Origin: Mobula hypostoma
Taxonomy: Eukaryota
DNA: 64,000 nt
NCBI RefSeq assembly: GCF_963921235.1
Contig: NC_086108.1
Location: 75,518,001-75,582,000 of the forward strand
Direction of reading: 5' to 3'
This document shows positions 13,832-25,950 of this stretch, piece after piece (within the stretch, counting starts at the first letter, position 1; each line of letters starts with the position of its first letter). The notes beneath the pieces were generated by a model, which ran no database searches, was not told the origin of the DNA, and saw only the letters and a list, made by a program, of their open reading frames with translations. A program made the translations under genes and the position numbers.

Positions 13832-15265
13832 CCCATTATCCCACTCTTTGTTTTCTGTCTATTGTTCAATTCTCAATCCACACTAGCATGCTACCAGACT
13901 GTGAGTGCAGCCAGTCTAGTATCTTGTGTTACCTAGCTGAAAATAGTACTTTCTCTTTAATTTATTTATTGCTTGGAGATACGGGCATCACTGATCAGGT
14001 CAGCATTTATGGACCAGCCCTAGTTGCCCTTGTGAAGATGGAGGTGAATCACCTTTATGAACTGTTGCATTCTTTCTGGTAAAGGGGCATCCACAGTTAG
14101 ATGAGGAGTTCCAGGATTAAGTATCAGTGACAATAAAGAAACAGTGATGTCATTCCAGACCCTGGTTGACAGTTCATGAAGTTTCTCTGCTCCTGCTGCC
14201 CTTGCCCTGCAAGATGAGTTTGGAAGAAGCAGTCAATATTGCAGAGGCAAATATACAAATAAACTAAGTTAACAGGATGGAGCAGATTCTGAAAAGCAGC
14301 AAGCTTTTGATGGCTGAAACATCATGACCCAACGTCCTCCGGCACTGCCCCAACCTCCATCCTCCTAACCACACGCACCGTACCCCATCTCACAGAGCCA
14401 TGAAATCTCCAGGGAGAGGAAAAATAAACAGAGAAACATAGGAATTATCTAGCAGACAAAATGCTTTATAGAATTCTCTCCTTTCCCCTGTGGTAGTCAA
14501 AATGAATCCAAGGGATGAAATCATGTCAAAGAAAGAACAATCCCCACTCCTTGCAAAAGGAGCAGAAATAGATAGGGAGAATAGATCTTCAGAGATCTTG
14601 TCCCAAGAAAGCTAAACCCAGCTGCATATTACTGTCCTTCATTTAAAAAACAGCCTGACCAGCCTGTAAGAACTAAAACAGTAAAATGGTCTTACTCAAT
14701 CTCCACTACAGTATCTCCTAATTTGCTTCACCATTAACACCACTCTCCATTGAAACATATCTGAAGCACTTTATTACTACTGCAGCAATTCAACACAGTG
14801 TTTGAAGTGAGCAGCAAATTCTCAAACTGTAACTTTTCTGAGTCGCTGGCTAAGTTCTAAATATCCTTTTACAGGCAATAATCCTTTGACAATTGCCTCC
14901 ATTAAAAGTCATTACAATAATTACTTGTCTGATTATTAATGGAGAATCAGGGAGGTTGCTGAGGGAAGCAAAAATATGCAAGGAAATCCCTGTAATACTG
15001 GAAATTTTTTAGACCTGTCATTTTTAACAGTAGGGTCTCTTTTGAATAACTTGCTGTAATCTGCCACCCAGGAGCCAGAAAGACTGAGAACCTGGCCAAT
15101 GAACACACCAACATACAGCATTGACTAACAGAACCTACCCGGTCGCCACTTGCAATCTCCACCAGTGGTCTATTGTATACAGTCTTCAAGCACTCAGTAG
15201 CAACACACTCCCAAACCCATGGGCTGCTTCTTCAGCAAGCATTCTCAAATTTATGGCAGCCACTA

Positions 15266-16898
15266 ATGAACACAAGAGATTCTGCAGATGCTGGAAATCC
15301 AGAGCAACACACACAAATGTCTCTGGCAATCCAGAGCAAATGTCACGCCACTTTTTAAGAAGGGATGTAGGCAAAAGATAGGCAACTATAGGCCAGTTAG
15401 CTTCACATCTGAAGTCAGGAAAATGCTTGAAGCTGTCATTAAGGAAGAAATAGCTAAACATTTAGAAAGGAGTGGTTCCATTAGACAGACGCAGCATGGA
15501 TTCAAAAAGGGCAGGTCCTGTTTGACAAACTGACTGGAGTTCTTTGAGGACATAATGAACAGAGTGGATAGAGGGGAACAGGTGGATGTAGTATACTTGG
15601 ATTTCCAGAAGGCGTTCGATAAGGTGCTGCACAAGAGACTTATAAATTAGATACGGTTGCATTGCGTCAGAGGAAGTGTATTGGCATGGATAGTGGATTG
15701 GTTAACCAATAGAAGGCAGAGAGTTGGTATAAATGGGTGTTTCTCCGGTTGGCAGTCGGTGGTGAGTGGGGTGCCGCAGGGGTCGGTGCTGGACCCGCAG
15801 TTGTTTACCGTTTACATTGATGATTTGGAAGAGGGGACTCAGTGTAGCATAGCAAAATTTGCTGATGACACTAAACTGAGTGGAAAAGCAAATTGTACAG
15901 AGGATATGGAGAGTCTGCAGAGGGATATAGATAGGTTAAGTGAGTGGGCCAAGGTCTGGCAGATGGACTACAATGTTGGTAAATGCGAGATCATCCACTT
16001 TGGAAGGAATAATAGAAAAGCAGATTATTATTTAAATGGTGAAAGATTGCAGCATGCTGTTGTGCAGAGGGACTTGGGAGTGTTTGTTCATAAATCGTAA
16101 AAAGTTGGCTTGCAGGTACAACAGGTTATTAAGAAGGCAAACAGAATGTTGGCCTTCATTGCTAGAGGGATTGAATTCAAGAGCAAGGAGGTCATACTGT
16201 AACTATACAGGGTACTGGTGAGGCCACACCTGGAGTACTGTGTGCTGTTCTGGTCTCCATACTTGAGGAAGGATATACTGGCTTTGGAGGCAGTGCAGAG
16301 GAGGTTCACCAAGTTGATTCCAGGGATGAAGGGGTTAACCTATGAGGAGAGATTGAGTCGCCTGGGACTATACGCTCTGGAATTCAAAAGAATGAGAGGG
16401 GATCTTATAGAAACATACAAAATTTTGAAAGGGATAGGTAAGATAAGAGTAGGAAAATTGTTTCCATTGGTAGGTGAGACTAGAACTAGGGGACATTGCC
16501 TCAAGATTCAGGGGAGAAGATTTAGGATGGAGATGAGGAGAAACTGTTTTTCCCAGAGAGTGGTGAATCTGTGGAATTCTCTGCCCAGGGAAGAATTTGA
16601 GGCTTCTTCACTAACTATGTTTAAGAAACAGTTAAATAGGTTTTTACATAGTAAGAGAATTAAGGGTTATGGGGGAAAGGCAGGTACATGAAGCTGAGTT
16701 TACGGACAGATCAGCCATGATCTTATTGAATGGCAGGGCAGGCTCGATGGGCTGGATGGCCTACTCCTGCTCCTATTTCTTATGTTCTTATGTTCTTATA
16801 CAAAATGCTGGAGGAGCTCAGTAGGTCGGGCAGCATCTATGGAGAGTATTAGAGAATCAACATTTCCACATTTCCAGTCAGACCCATTGTCAGGAGCC
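15266..16898 (-). mobile_element. Short PLE terminal-repeat element split by a CR1 insertion
   Basis: PLE end at 15266-15320 resumes at 16800 (ACAAAATGCTGGAGGAGCTCAG); perfect 13-bp TSD ATGGCAGCCACTA at 15253-15265 and 16899-16911. Confidence 0.85.
15333..16799 (+). mobile_element. 5'-truncated CR1 LINE (RT pseudogene with in-frame stops)
   Basis: ANVTPLFKKG, NYRPVS, QHGF, GVPQGS, FADDTK, RPHLEYC; TTCTTATG tail. Confidence 0.95.
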
Positions 16899-17907
16899 AT
16901 GGCAGCCACTACCTTGCAGAACGTTATAAAATATCTCCATCAAGTTCTCCTCCTGGTATTGAGAGATATCATTTTCAAAATTCAGTGAATCGTTACTTAA
17001 TAGGATTGTGGGAATACTCTCATAATATTAACTGCAGCAGTTCAAAGAAAAAAAACCTTCACAACAAGGGTCTCCAGGGCTGGACAGTGAATCCCAATAA
17101 CTGTCAGTAAAACAAATATTCCATAAATCTTTTTAAAACAGAATATTTATTGCTACCTGATGGCCACGGCCATGTTCTCTTCTGATTATTATCCCCTTTG
17201 CCTGGTATTCATGTGTTCATGTAGAAAGTGTTAAAATATTCAGAACGTTGCTTTAACCTACTCTAGTTGTGAGGAGAAAATATTTTAGGGAAAGTGTATT
17301 GCCAAGTAGCTTTTTCGTGCATGTATTGAAACAATAAAATTATTATGTTATTAATTGTCCAACATGGGAAAAGAACAAATGCTTCCATTCCATTTAAAAC
17401 AAATATGATTGCACTTTCCAAAAGAGGGGAAAAGTTCTCTAAAAAATAGCAAGCTATTGTACCATTTTTTTTCAGTCATCTTGAGATTGACTCTAAGCAC
17501 AGCCTCTCCTAATGAGAAGTACAGAAACCTCTTTATTTCAGAGTTAGTCCGCAAGGTCATATTTTGCTTTGCCTAAGGTTTACCTAGCTGGTGCCAGCAT
17601 ATTTATAGCATTTACAGTACAAGGTATATATCCAAGAAAAAAAGAAACACTGCAGAACTTTTATGTTAGTACTGTATCTCTTTTATTTATAGGCTCTGTG
17701 GGGCTCAATCTCAACTTCAGTCAGAAAACCAGAATTTCTCCCGAGTCTATGTGCTTCAGTTCTGCCTGCTATTACTCTCCACTGGCTAGAAAAATCAGGA
17801 GTGGTGTGAATGCAGTTGATCCCAACATTGCCAATTTCCTGACAAGCAGAGAGCTTTTATCTGAGCAAAGAATTGTTCAACAACCAAAATAATTGAAGAA
17901 ATCAGAA

Positions 17908-18030
17908 AAAAATGCAGATGCTGGAAATCTGAAACAAACACAGAAAATGCTGTATGCATTCAGAAGGTCAAAAAGCATCTGTGCAAAGAGAAACAGTTAA
18001 CATTTCAGATCCAGGATCCTTTGTCAAAAC
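17908..18030 (-). mobile_element. Old PLE terminal-repeat fragment
   Basis: TGCAGATGCTGGAAATCTG...AAAATGCTG...GCATCTGT, similar to other PLE ends in the window. Confidence 0.6.
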
Positions 18031-21000
18031 ATTTCTTTCAGAAAAAAATTCTGGAACTGGATCAGGTAATGAAAATAATTTTTATTCTATTGATGAATCC
18101 AATAATCTCAATTTTATTAAACTAAACTTCCGTTACTATTAGCAGCATGCTATTCTTTACATCAAACTAGTCTCTCAATCATTGTATTTAGCAATTTATT
18201 AATCTGACCAGCCAAACTCTGTTCCAGTTTTACAGTCAATAACTATTACACAATGATGGCTCAAATTCTGGAATCCTTTTTTGACTTCCAAAAGGAAACC
18301 ACAATTTACATATCAACTCTGGGAATTATATATTAAAGAAATGTCCTAGCGCCTACTCTGAAAATCATTCGTTCCTTCCGTGTGAGTTCTTTACGAATTT
18401 CAATCCAACCTCATGGGAGTTTGGTGTCTGTCTCTCTGCCAGCTCACTGTAAGCAAAATTATTCTGCCAGCTGTCAGAAGACAGTTTAATCCCAAAATTC
18501 CTCTATTGGCACCAAGATCGGAACGCTGTCTTCAGTAAAATAAAAATTTAAGTATAAATAAGACTGATTTTAAAATTAAAACCTTTAGAATATTGTATAT
18601 AACCTAAGATTTTGCAATCATTCCAAAGCAAAGGCAATTGGAATGGTATATGCCAATTTAAAGGTGTTTGGTGTTGACATTGAAGGAAACTGCCCAAGAT
18701 ATCTGCTGATCTCTCCTTTGATCTACTTGGCATTCAGCATCTCTGATGTTATTACAGTGGCTGAGTGCTTAATCACTTAAAAAATACAGACACCAAACTA
18801 AGAAGGGAAAGGCACAATTTGGGCAAAATGAAAGGCTTTTATTTGTTCAGTACGTGTACTGTTTACCAGAGTTTGATCAGTGTATAATTGCACCCAAAAT
18901 AGATAATAGAGAAGATAAACATGGTTTAACTTGTTAATTATGAATAAATTGAGCAATAATTTAATAGTTAATTATTTTCTGTAATTGCATTTCTCTCTCT
19001 GTGAGGCTTTAGCATATCGATTCAACAATCAATATGCTTTATAGAGTGTAAGTGAAAGGGTGAATGAAGCAATGCCAAAAAGTTGCATTATATTTTCAAA
19101 AACTATTAGTTTTTTTTGTAAAGGCCAGGCTGACTGTATAAATATCTTGCCAGCTGTAATTTTAAGGTCCTCACTTTAAATTGTTTCTTTGAACCCGTGG
19201 AAAGTAAATCATTGGTTATCTTGTTAAAACAAATGCTTCTTAAGATTAATTTCAAAATGAATTATAGGACCTTTCTCACAGATATTTTTGGGCAATTTTG
19301 AGTCACTTTCTCAGCTCATCATCAAACTTCAATGCAGTCAAACTGACATTGGAATAGTTCCGCTGTGTTTCGATATTAAATGGAATAATTTCTCATGTTA
19401 AAATGGAATCATTCCACAAAACAGAAACAGTTTCATTGGGTTCTGATTGGCCTGAGAAAAACGGATATTTTAGGTATTGTGAATTAAATTGGGATATCTT
19501 CACTCAGTTATTGTTAGAGACAAAACCCTGAACTCCAGAATCAAGCCAAGTACCTCAACCATGTTGATAACAATGCAGCAGCATGGAGTCTAATGTTATT
19601 AGAAGTATTAATTATTTAGAAGGATTTTAAAAGGTCCCATTCTAAGTCATGCCAACAGAACAATTCCTTGGCTCACTAATAATATACATATGCTGCAGAT
19701 TGCTAAGTTTTTGACCACTTAATTGCCTCATAGGATAAGAAATAAAATAGACTCTTATGAATGACTTTCCTCCGTTCTCTAAACACATAGCTCTTGAGCA
19801 GATGAGGACAGATAGCAGAATTCATTTTGGGGTATAATACTAGGAGACAAGCAACAACATTAGATTTTAAAAACTAGTTTCATCTTTTAAAATATGTTAC
19901 CACTGCAGGAGGTAATCTTTGTGACTAAAAATTAATTATTCCATAGAAACATTTCAAAAGGATCAGAGAATGATGTCATCAGATTTAGAAGAACAAGAAA
20001 ATGCATGCGCTCTCAACTAAGTTGAAGAATACCTCAGGAAGAAACTGATTGAATTAACCAGGAAGGTAAGAAGAGTATTCTCTGGGTTTTATTTCCAGGC
20101 TCATTTCCTATTAAGTAACTAAAAGGTGTCCATCTCCATAAATGTTGGTTAAACAATGGGTTGAGATACTTCATTCAGAATCCATCTCCTCAGTCTCACC
20201 ATCAGCACATCAGGGTTACTGATTGTGATGAATGATTTTTTTAAACATTTCTGCAGTTATTTATTGTTCTTGTTTGAAAGATTAAAATGCTATGCAGAAA
20301 TTACCTCCATTTTAAAATATTTATTATGTTAATCAACTACTATCCTCCAACCAGCACTGATTTTACCCCTTCCACTGAGGTCTACTCTCAACTCTAGTGG
20401 CTCACACCTGAACTCCAGTTTGGAACCACTGGCTTTCTATTAATCCCAGCAGTATCAGCTTGGAGACATCTGTCCACATCCAGTAGTTTGATTCGTCTAG
20501 TCGTCTCCGCAATCAGGTCATTTTATTCATTCAATGGATGAGACAATACTACAAAGATGAGCATTTATCGCCCATCGCTGGTCACCATAGAAATGAATAT
20601 CTTGTCTAAAAACAACTAAGATTCAAACATACTCATGAGTCTGGAAGTCAGACCAAACAGGTGTGGTAGATACAGTGCCTTTCTCTAAAGAATATAAGTG
20701 TTCCAGCTCCAGTAATTTCATAGTCAGTGTTGTTCCTTCTAACATTGATCCACTACAGACTTTTCCATATTCTTGGCCTTTAGATCTTACAAGGAACACA
20801 ATGCTAGTCAATTTGAACAGCTGGAAACCAAAACTAATATTTCTCTCTCTGTCCTCCTAACAGCTAGCGAGAGTGAGGTCTGCTTGCTCGCTCAGAAACT
20901 TTGTCATTCTGTGCAACTCCACAGGAAGCACACACACACACAGAAAATATATATATTTCCATACACATACCACAACCAAGCAAAAACTCTGGCCACCAAT

Positions 21001-21639
21001 TTAGCATGGATCAATTACGTTATTCAGGTGGCATTCTGATTACTTTAATTGTTGGCAACACGTCTGATCCTTCTTTTACCGTACGCATGACTAAAATTGC
21101 TACATCACAAATTAAGAGAACTTCATTTATCCATCTTTCTGTAGACCGGAACCTTGCCAACATATGCCCTAACATTCAGTTCTGATGCATGACAGGCTGC
21201 AAGTATGCTTTTTTTTCTTACAATGCCTTTTCGCCTGGAAGAATTAACCCAGGAAACATTTTGTATAAAACCCAAAGCCCACTCTGAACTGCCAAAAATT
21301 AATTAAACGCTGATAAACATAAAGGAAGAAATGTTTACACTTGGCATTAGGGGTGGAGTTCTAAAGTAAATGTTTGGGTTTAAAGGAATTTAGTTTCCAA
21401 AGAAGATCATAATAACCATGTGCATCTTTAGATGTCTTTATTTCAAGAACAGCTGTTTTACATTTCATGATTTCAACATATTTAATAATGCAGTGCTTTA
21501 TCATATTTTATATATTTTTCCCTGAAATTGTATGCCAACCATACATTGGGTTTTATGGTGCATTTTACAGCAAAAACTCTGTGTTCCAATGAGTCTTCTC
21601 CTTTCTTTCCTCATGTATTTTTTTTCAGTGTATCCTTCC

Positions 21640-22200
21640 ATTCATTTCTCCATCTAATATTTGCCCAGCCTCTTTAAATGCATCTGTAGTCTTTATAACA
21701 ACCACACACCTGCCCCCCCCTTCCCTACTCCAACCCTAATAACAAGTTCAACTTCTCAATACTTTTGCAAGTGAAGAAATTTCTTCCAAGTGTCATTTTG
21801 GATTTCACGTTTATCATTTATCATGTTGTAGTTATATTCTTTCACACTCCAGCAAGTCTGTGCATAATCTTAAAGATCTCTAGTGGCTCACCCATCTGTT
21901 CTCAAGAACAAAGAGATCCAATCTGTTCATTCTTTCATGATATGCAACTCCTTGCATTTCTAGCAACATCCTCTTTTCTGAGTGATCTCCTTTGCTCTGT
22001 ATTCTCACTACAATATGAGGGCCAGAGCAATGTGAGGTCTCCTAAATCTCATCTGAGTTTTGCATTTTGCATAACTTTCCACTCTATCATTTAGAAATAA
22101 ATCCTAACCTTAAGCTTGGTATTCTTTCCTAATGACTTTTGTAACTGGCCTTACTAACTTTTGTTTGATTTTTTAGTCCAAGATCCTTTAGCCTGCCTAG
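21640..22200 (-). mobile_element. Highly degenerate CR1 3' remnant
   Basis: Residual GTGAAGAAATTTCTTC and ATAATCTTAAAGATCTCTA motifs in CR1 antisense order. Confidence 0.45.
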
Positions 22201-23469
22201 ACGCTGAGAAATTTGTGCTTGAAAAAAGCCCAATTTGAATAAGATATGGTTTGTGACTTACATCGACAACCAAGAGTTCATGGTTCTGTGCACTTGATGG
22301 AGCAGTTTACACAAACATATACTTCCAAGGAAGGGATATTAGAAGTTGTGATGGTATTGGCTTTACTGGCCACAAAGTTCTAAGCTCAAACCAAGATCTT
22401 AAGCCTATCCAATATAGATAGCTATAGGTGCCTTCACTAAAAGGTGGTTATACTGTTTGGACTTACCCGTCAAAGACAAGTTCACTTCCCCATTTATCCT
22501 CCATGATGAGTTCAGCTGCAAATACCCACTGTTTGAATTAGTCCCCCCCCAAAGAGGAGATACTACCCAGCCAACAAAGTTTTAACACAGTTCATTGAAT
22601 TTTTGTGATACACATTTAAATTTAGATAAAATTCTTAAAACACATTTAAAAGTCACATAGGTTTTCTATCTTATAAAAGATTTCCAAATTACAAACAAGT
22701 TCTAAAACACAATGGATTTCCAAAACACAGGTACAATTTCTATAAGCCAAAAAGACTTACAACCTGCTGCAGATGAACAAAGCAAACGCAGAGGAATGAA
22801 TTCTAGTTCAACCTCCCCCCCCCCCCACCATCTTGCTGGAATTCTTCTCAATGTTCCTTGACCATCCCTTACAAGCCTGCCTGCTCTCTTACATTTATTC
22901 TGTTCTATACCACTTGGGTGACTTCCCACACATGATATTTTTCCAAATACATTTTTATAAAGATGGTCTAAAAGCTTCGGGGACAGATTCCCAAATACCC
23001 TCAATTAATGCTGTGAAGGTTGACTCTCTGAGTACACAAATCTTCCAGCTATTGATAGAGCAGCTTTTTGGTGTGCCAAGTGATAGTATTAATCTGCAAG
23101 CTTCCTTGAACTAAATAATTCAGCCAGTGTTATCTGGTTTGATACAGGCCAATTGACATAACCTCATTGTCTTACACTACATCTCTCGAACAATCAACAC
23201 CATATTGAGCGCCAGCAACCTGTGTTTTATAAACAGCGCAATTTGTTTGCAAAGCTGTCCTTTTAACATCGGATAGTTTATTGCTTGCAATTTGCATTAA
23301 GAATTGGGAAATGGCTCCCGTTTACGAGAAGAAGCTGAACAAAGAATATTGGTTGGAAGTCTAACTTGCTCAAAAACAACTCTGATCTATAGATGTATCA
23401 ATTACACTGTTAGAAAGCTGAGCTTGGAAAAAGCTACCCTCAACTCCCAACCCCCAGCCCTGGAAAGTG

Positions 23470-24490
23470 AATAGTCATCATGAAAATAGGTAGAGGGGCA
23501 GGTAGTTTTGAGGAATTGGAGAGGCTACAGAAGGACTTAGACAGATTGGAAGAAGGGGCAAAGAGGTGGCAGATGGAATAGAATGTTGGCAAGTGTATGG
23601 TTATGGATTTTGGTAGAGGAAATGAAAGAAAATACAAAAACCTGAGGTGCAAAGGGACTTAGAGGACCTTGTGTCTTTTCCCAGAAAAGGAAAGGGGAGA
23701 GACCACACCTCAATGACATACCAGTGCTGAGTGTGTGGGATGTATAAATGTGCTTGTCTGGTCTCACATACTGCCTCATGTCAGAGGAGAAGTTTGTGAT
23801 CTAGCTGTCGTACCTGGTATGTTAAGTCTGAAGAGTTTCTCTTGCAGAAGCTCAGGGGATGAAAGCATTGAAGGCTGAATTGAAATCAACAATGTGAATC
23901 CTGGCATATGTACCGGGGGATTGATGTGCTGTAGTTTGTTAACTGATGTTAACTGCATCATCAGCAGATCTGTCACCTCTGAGGGCAAACTTCAGCCAAT
24001 ATAGAAAATCTTGAGTTATGTATTTGAGAAATGTCATGATCAGCCTTTGAAAAGCCTTCATTATGACTGATGTGAGTGCAACTAGCCTGTAGTCAGTGAG
24101 TCCAGTGATCTTGCATGTGAGTGTACAAGGTGTGATAAGTCCATAGGTCCCTGAAAGTGGCAGTATGGGGGCTAAGGTGGTGATTAAGTGATATAGAGTT
24201 CTTGTTTTTATTAGCTGGGGCGTAGAATATAGAGAGAAGGGCTGTCCTATTGCAGCTTTATAAAATATTGGTTTGAGCAAACTCTGAGTACCGTGAGTAA
24301 TTCTTTACCCATTTTGCATCAGGAGGTTATGATTACACTGGAAAGACTGCACAGGAGATCCACCAGGATGTTCATTGGATTAGAGAACTTCAGTCATGGG
24401 GACAAATCAGATAAGCCAGGCTTGTTTTCCCTGAAGAAAAGGTCAAAAGGTTATCTGATAGAGGTATATAAAACAATGAGGGGGTAAATA
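23470..24490 (+). mobile_element. Degenerate CR1 RT remnant with a nested minus-strand Rex1-like fragment (about 23690-24130)
   Basis: CR1: RLQKDLDRL..WQME and LERLHRRSTRMF...LIEVYKTMRG; Rex1: DYRLVALTSVIMKAFQRL. Confidence 0.7.
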
Positions 24491-24569
24491 GAGTAATAGT
24501 CAGACTTCCATAATTCCAAGATACTCTATGTATTTTATTGCCAATTAACATAAATACATCAGGGGTGGG

Positions 24570-25620
24570 GGGAAGTACAAGCAGACTCCTCAAGCCTGCC
24601 GCACCATTCAATGGAATCATTGCTTGTCTAATTTCGGTCTCAATTCCAATTTCGGACATAGTCCCATAAGCCTTGACTCCACTAATTTGCAAAAATCTCT
24701 CTATCTTGGTCCTGAATATACACATGACTCAGGATCTACAGGCTGGTGGAGTTAAAAATTCCAAAGACATATGGTTCTCTGAGAGATGAAACTCCCTCTC
24801 CAATTATTCGGAAAACCTGCCTCCTGATTCTAGATATCTTCATCAGTGGAAACACCCTCACACCATCTAGTCTGATAGAATCACATGTTTCAATAAGATC
24901 ATCTCTCATACTTATAAATTCTGATCTGCTTAATTGTACCTCTGAAAATAATCCCTATACCCAAGGATGCAAGTAATGAACCTCCTCAGAACTGCCTTCA
25001 ATGCAAGTATATCCCTTCTTAAACCAAGTTTATGCACTGCTCTGAGTGTGGGCTCACAAATACTCAACGTAGTGTGCAAGATTCCAAGGGTACATTCCAT
25101 TGCCTTTGCAATAAATGTCAGCAATCTAGTTATGTTCCCAGTTGTTTGCAGTGTGCATGTTAATTATCAGTATTTCATAATGGTGACAATCAGATGCCTC
25201 TATGCAACAGCATATTAGAGTCTCTTTCCATTTAAAAACTATTGCTTTTGTTTTTCTCGTCTTCCTACTGAAGTGAATACCCTCATATTTCTCAATATTA
25301 TACACCACAGTTTTTTCCCCACTTACTTATCATATATCATTTCTGTGTCTTCCTCACAACTACATTTCCCATCTAGCTTTGAGCTTCAGCAAAATGTGGA
25401 ACAATACACCTTGCCCTTTAACTGAAGATGTTAATACAAATTGTAGAGTTAAAGCACCTGGTCCAATCACTCTGGCAACTTGCCAGCCTGAAAATTAATT
25501 ATTTGTCCCAAATCTCTGATTTCTGTTCGTTACTGATTTCTCTGTCCTTATTAGTATATGGCTCTAACCATACCCAGAGGCTTTTCTAGTAATTGCATTC
25601 ATCAAATGCCTTTTGGATAT
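24570..25620 (-). mobile_element. Degenerate CR1 3' half
   Basis: Minus-strand LRRDILALKAVLRRF and YNIEKYEGIHF; CR1 3' UTR remnant near 24575-24630. Confidence 0.7.
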
Positions 25621-25809
25621 AAAGTGCTTTTGAAATGTGGTCATATGATACGGGTTTGGAACCATGTGATAGCATGATATTGATCATTTGCTCTAGTGAT
25701 GTTGACTGTGGGTTAAGTATATGCCAGCCCTACAGGCTAATTCTCCTATTTTTGAAACCATGCAATTGGAATTTATGAGAAAAAGGATCTAGTGCTTTCC
25801 TGGCATTTC

Positions 25810-25950
25810 TGACAAATAAACTCCTTTTGGGCTTCCAACCAGGTATAGGTATGGGTTTTAACGGGTGTTTTGATGACAAACTCCACCACCTTCATCAGGG
25901 ATGATGCTTAGGCACATCTAGTTCAGTGGTATAAATACCTCCATTGTTCA
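25810..25950 (-). mobile_element. Probable terminal fragment of a second PLE family
   Basis: Minus strand reads CCCTGATGAAGGTGGTGGAGTTTGTCATCAAAACA, a decayed hammerhead-like core with a longer stem II than the main family. Confidence 0.4.

Noticed and set aside
13975..14230. Possible old LINE 3' remnant, with a related plus-strand stretch near 16910-17100
   Set aside because: Probably a repeat, but too degenerate to classify or delimit from sequence alone
19960..20072. Strong donor AAG/GTAAGA at about 20065
   Set aside because: All three frames from the nearest plausible acceptor contain stops
20623..20820. Minus-strand open frame with acceptor-like and GTATGT donor-like sites
   Set aside because: The peptide is not recognisable, the donor is weak, and no partner exons were found; it needs RNA-seq or tblastn support
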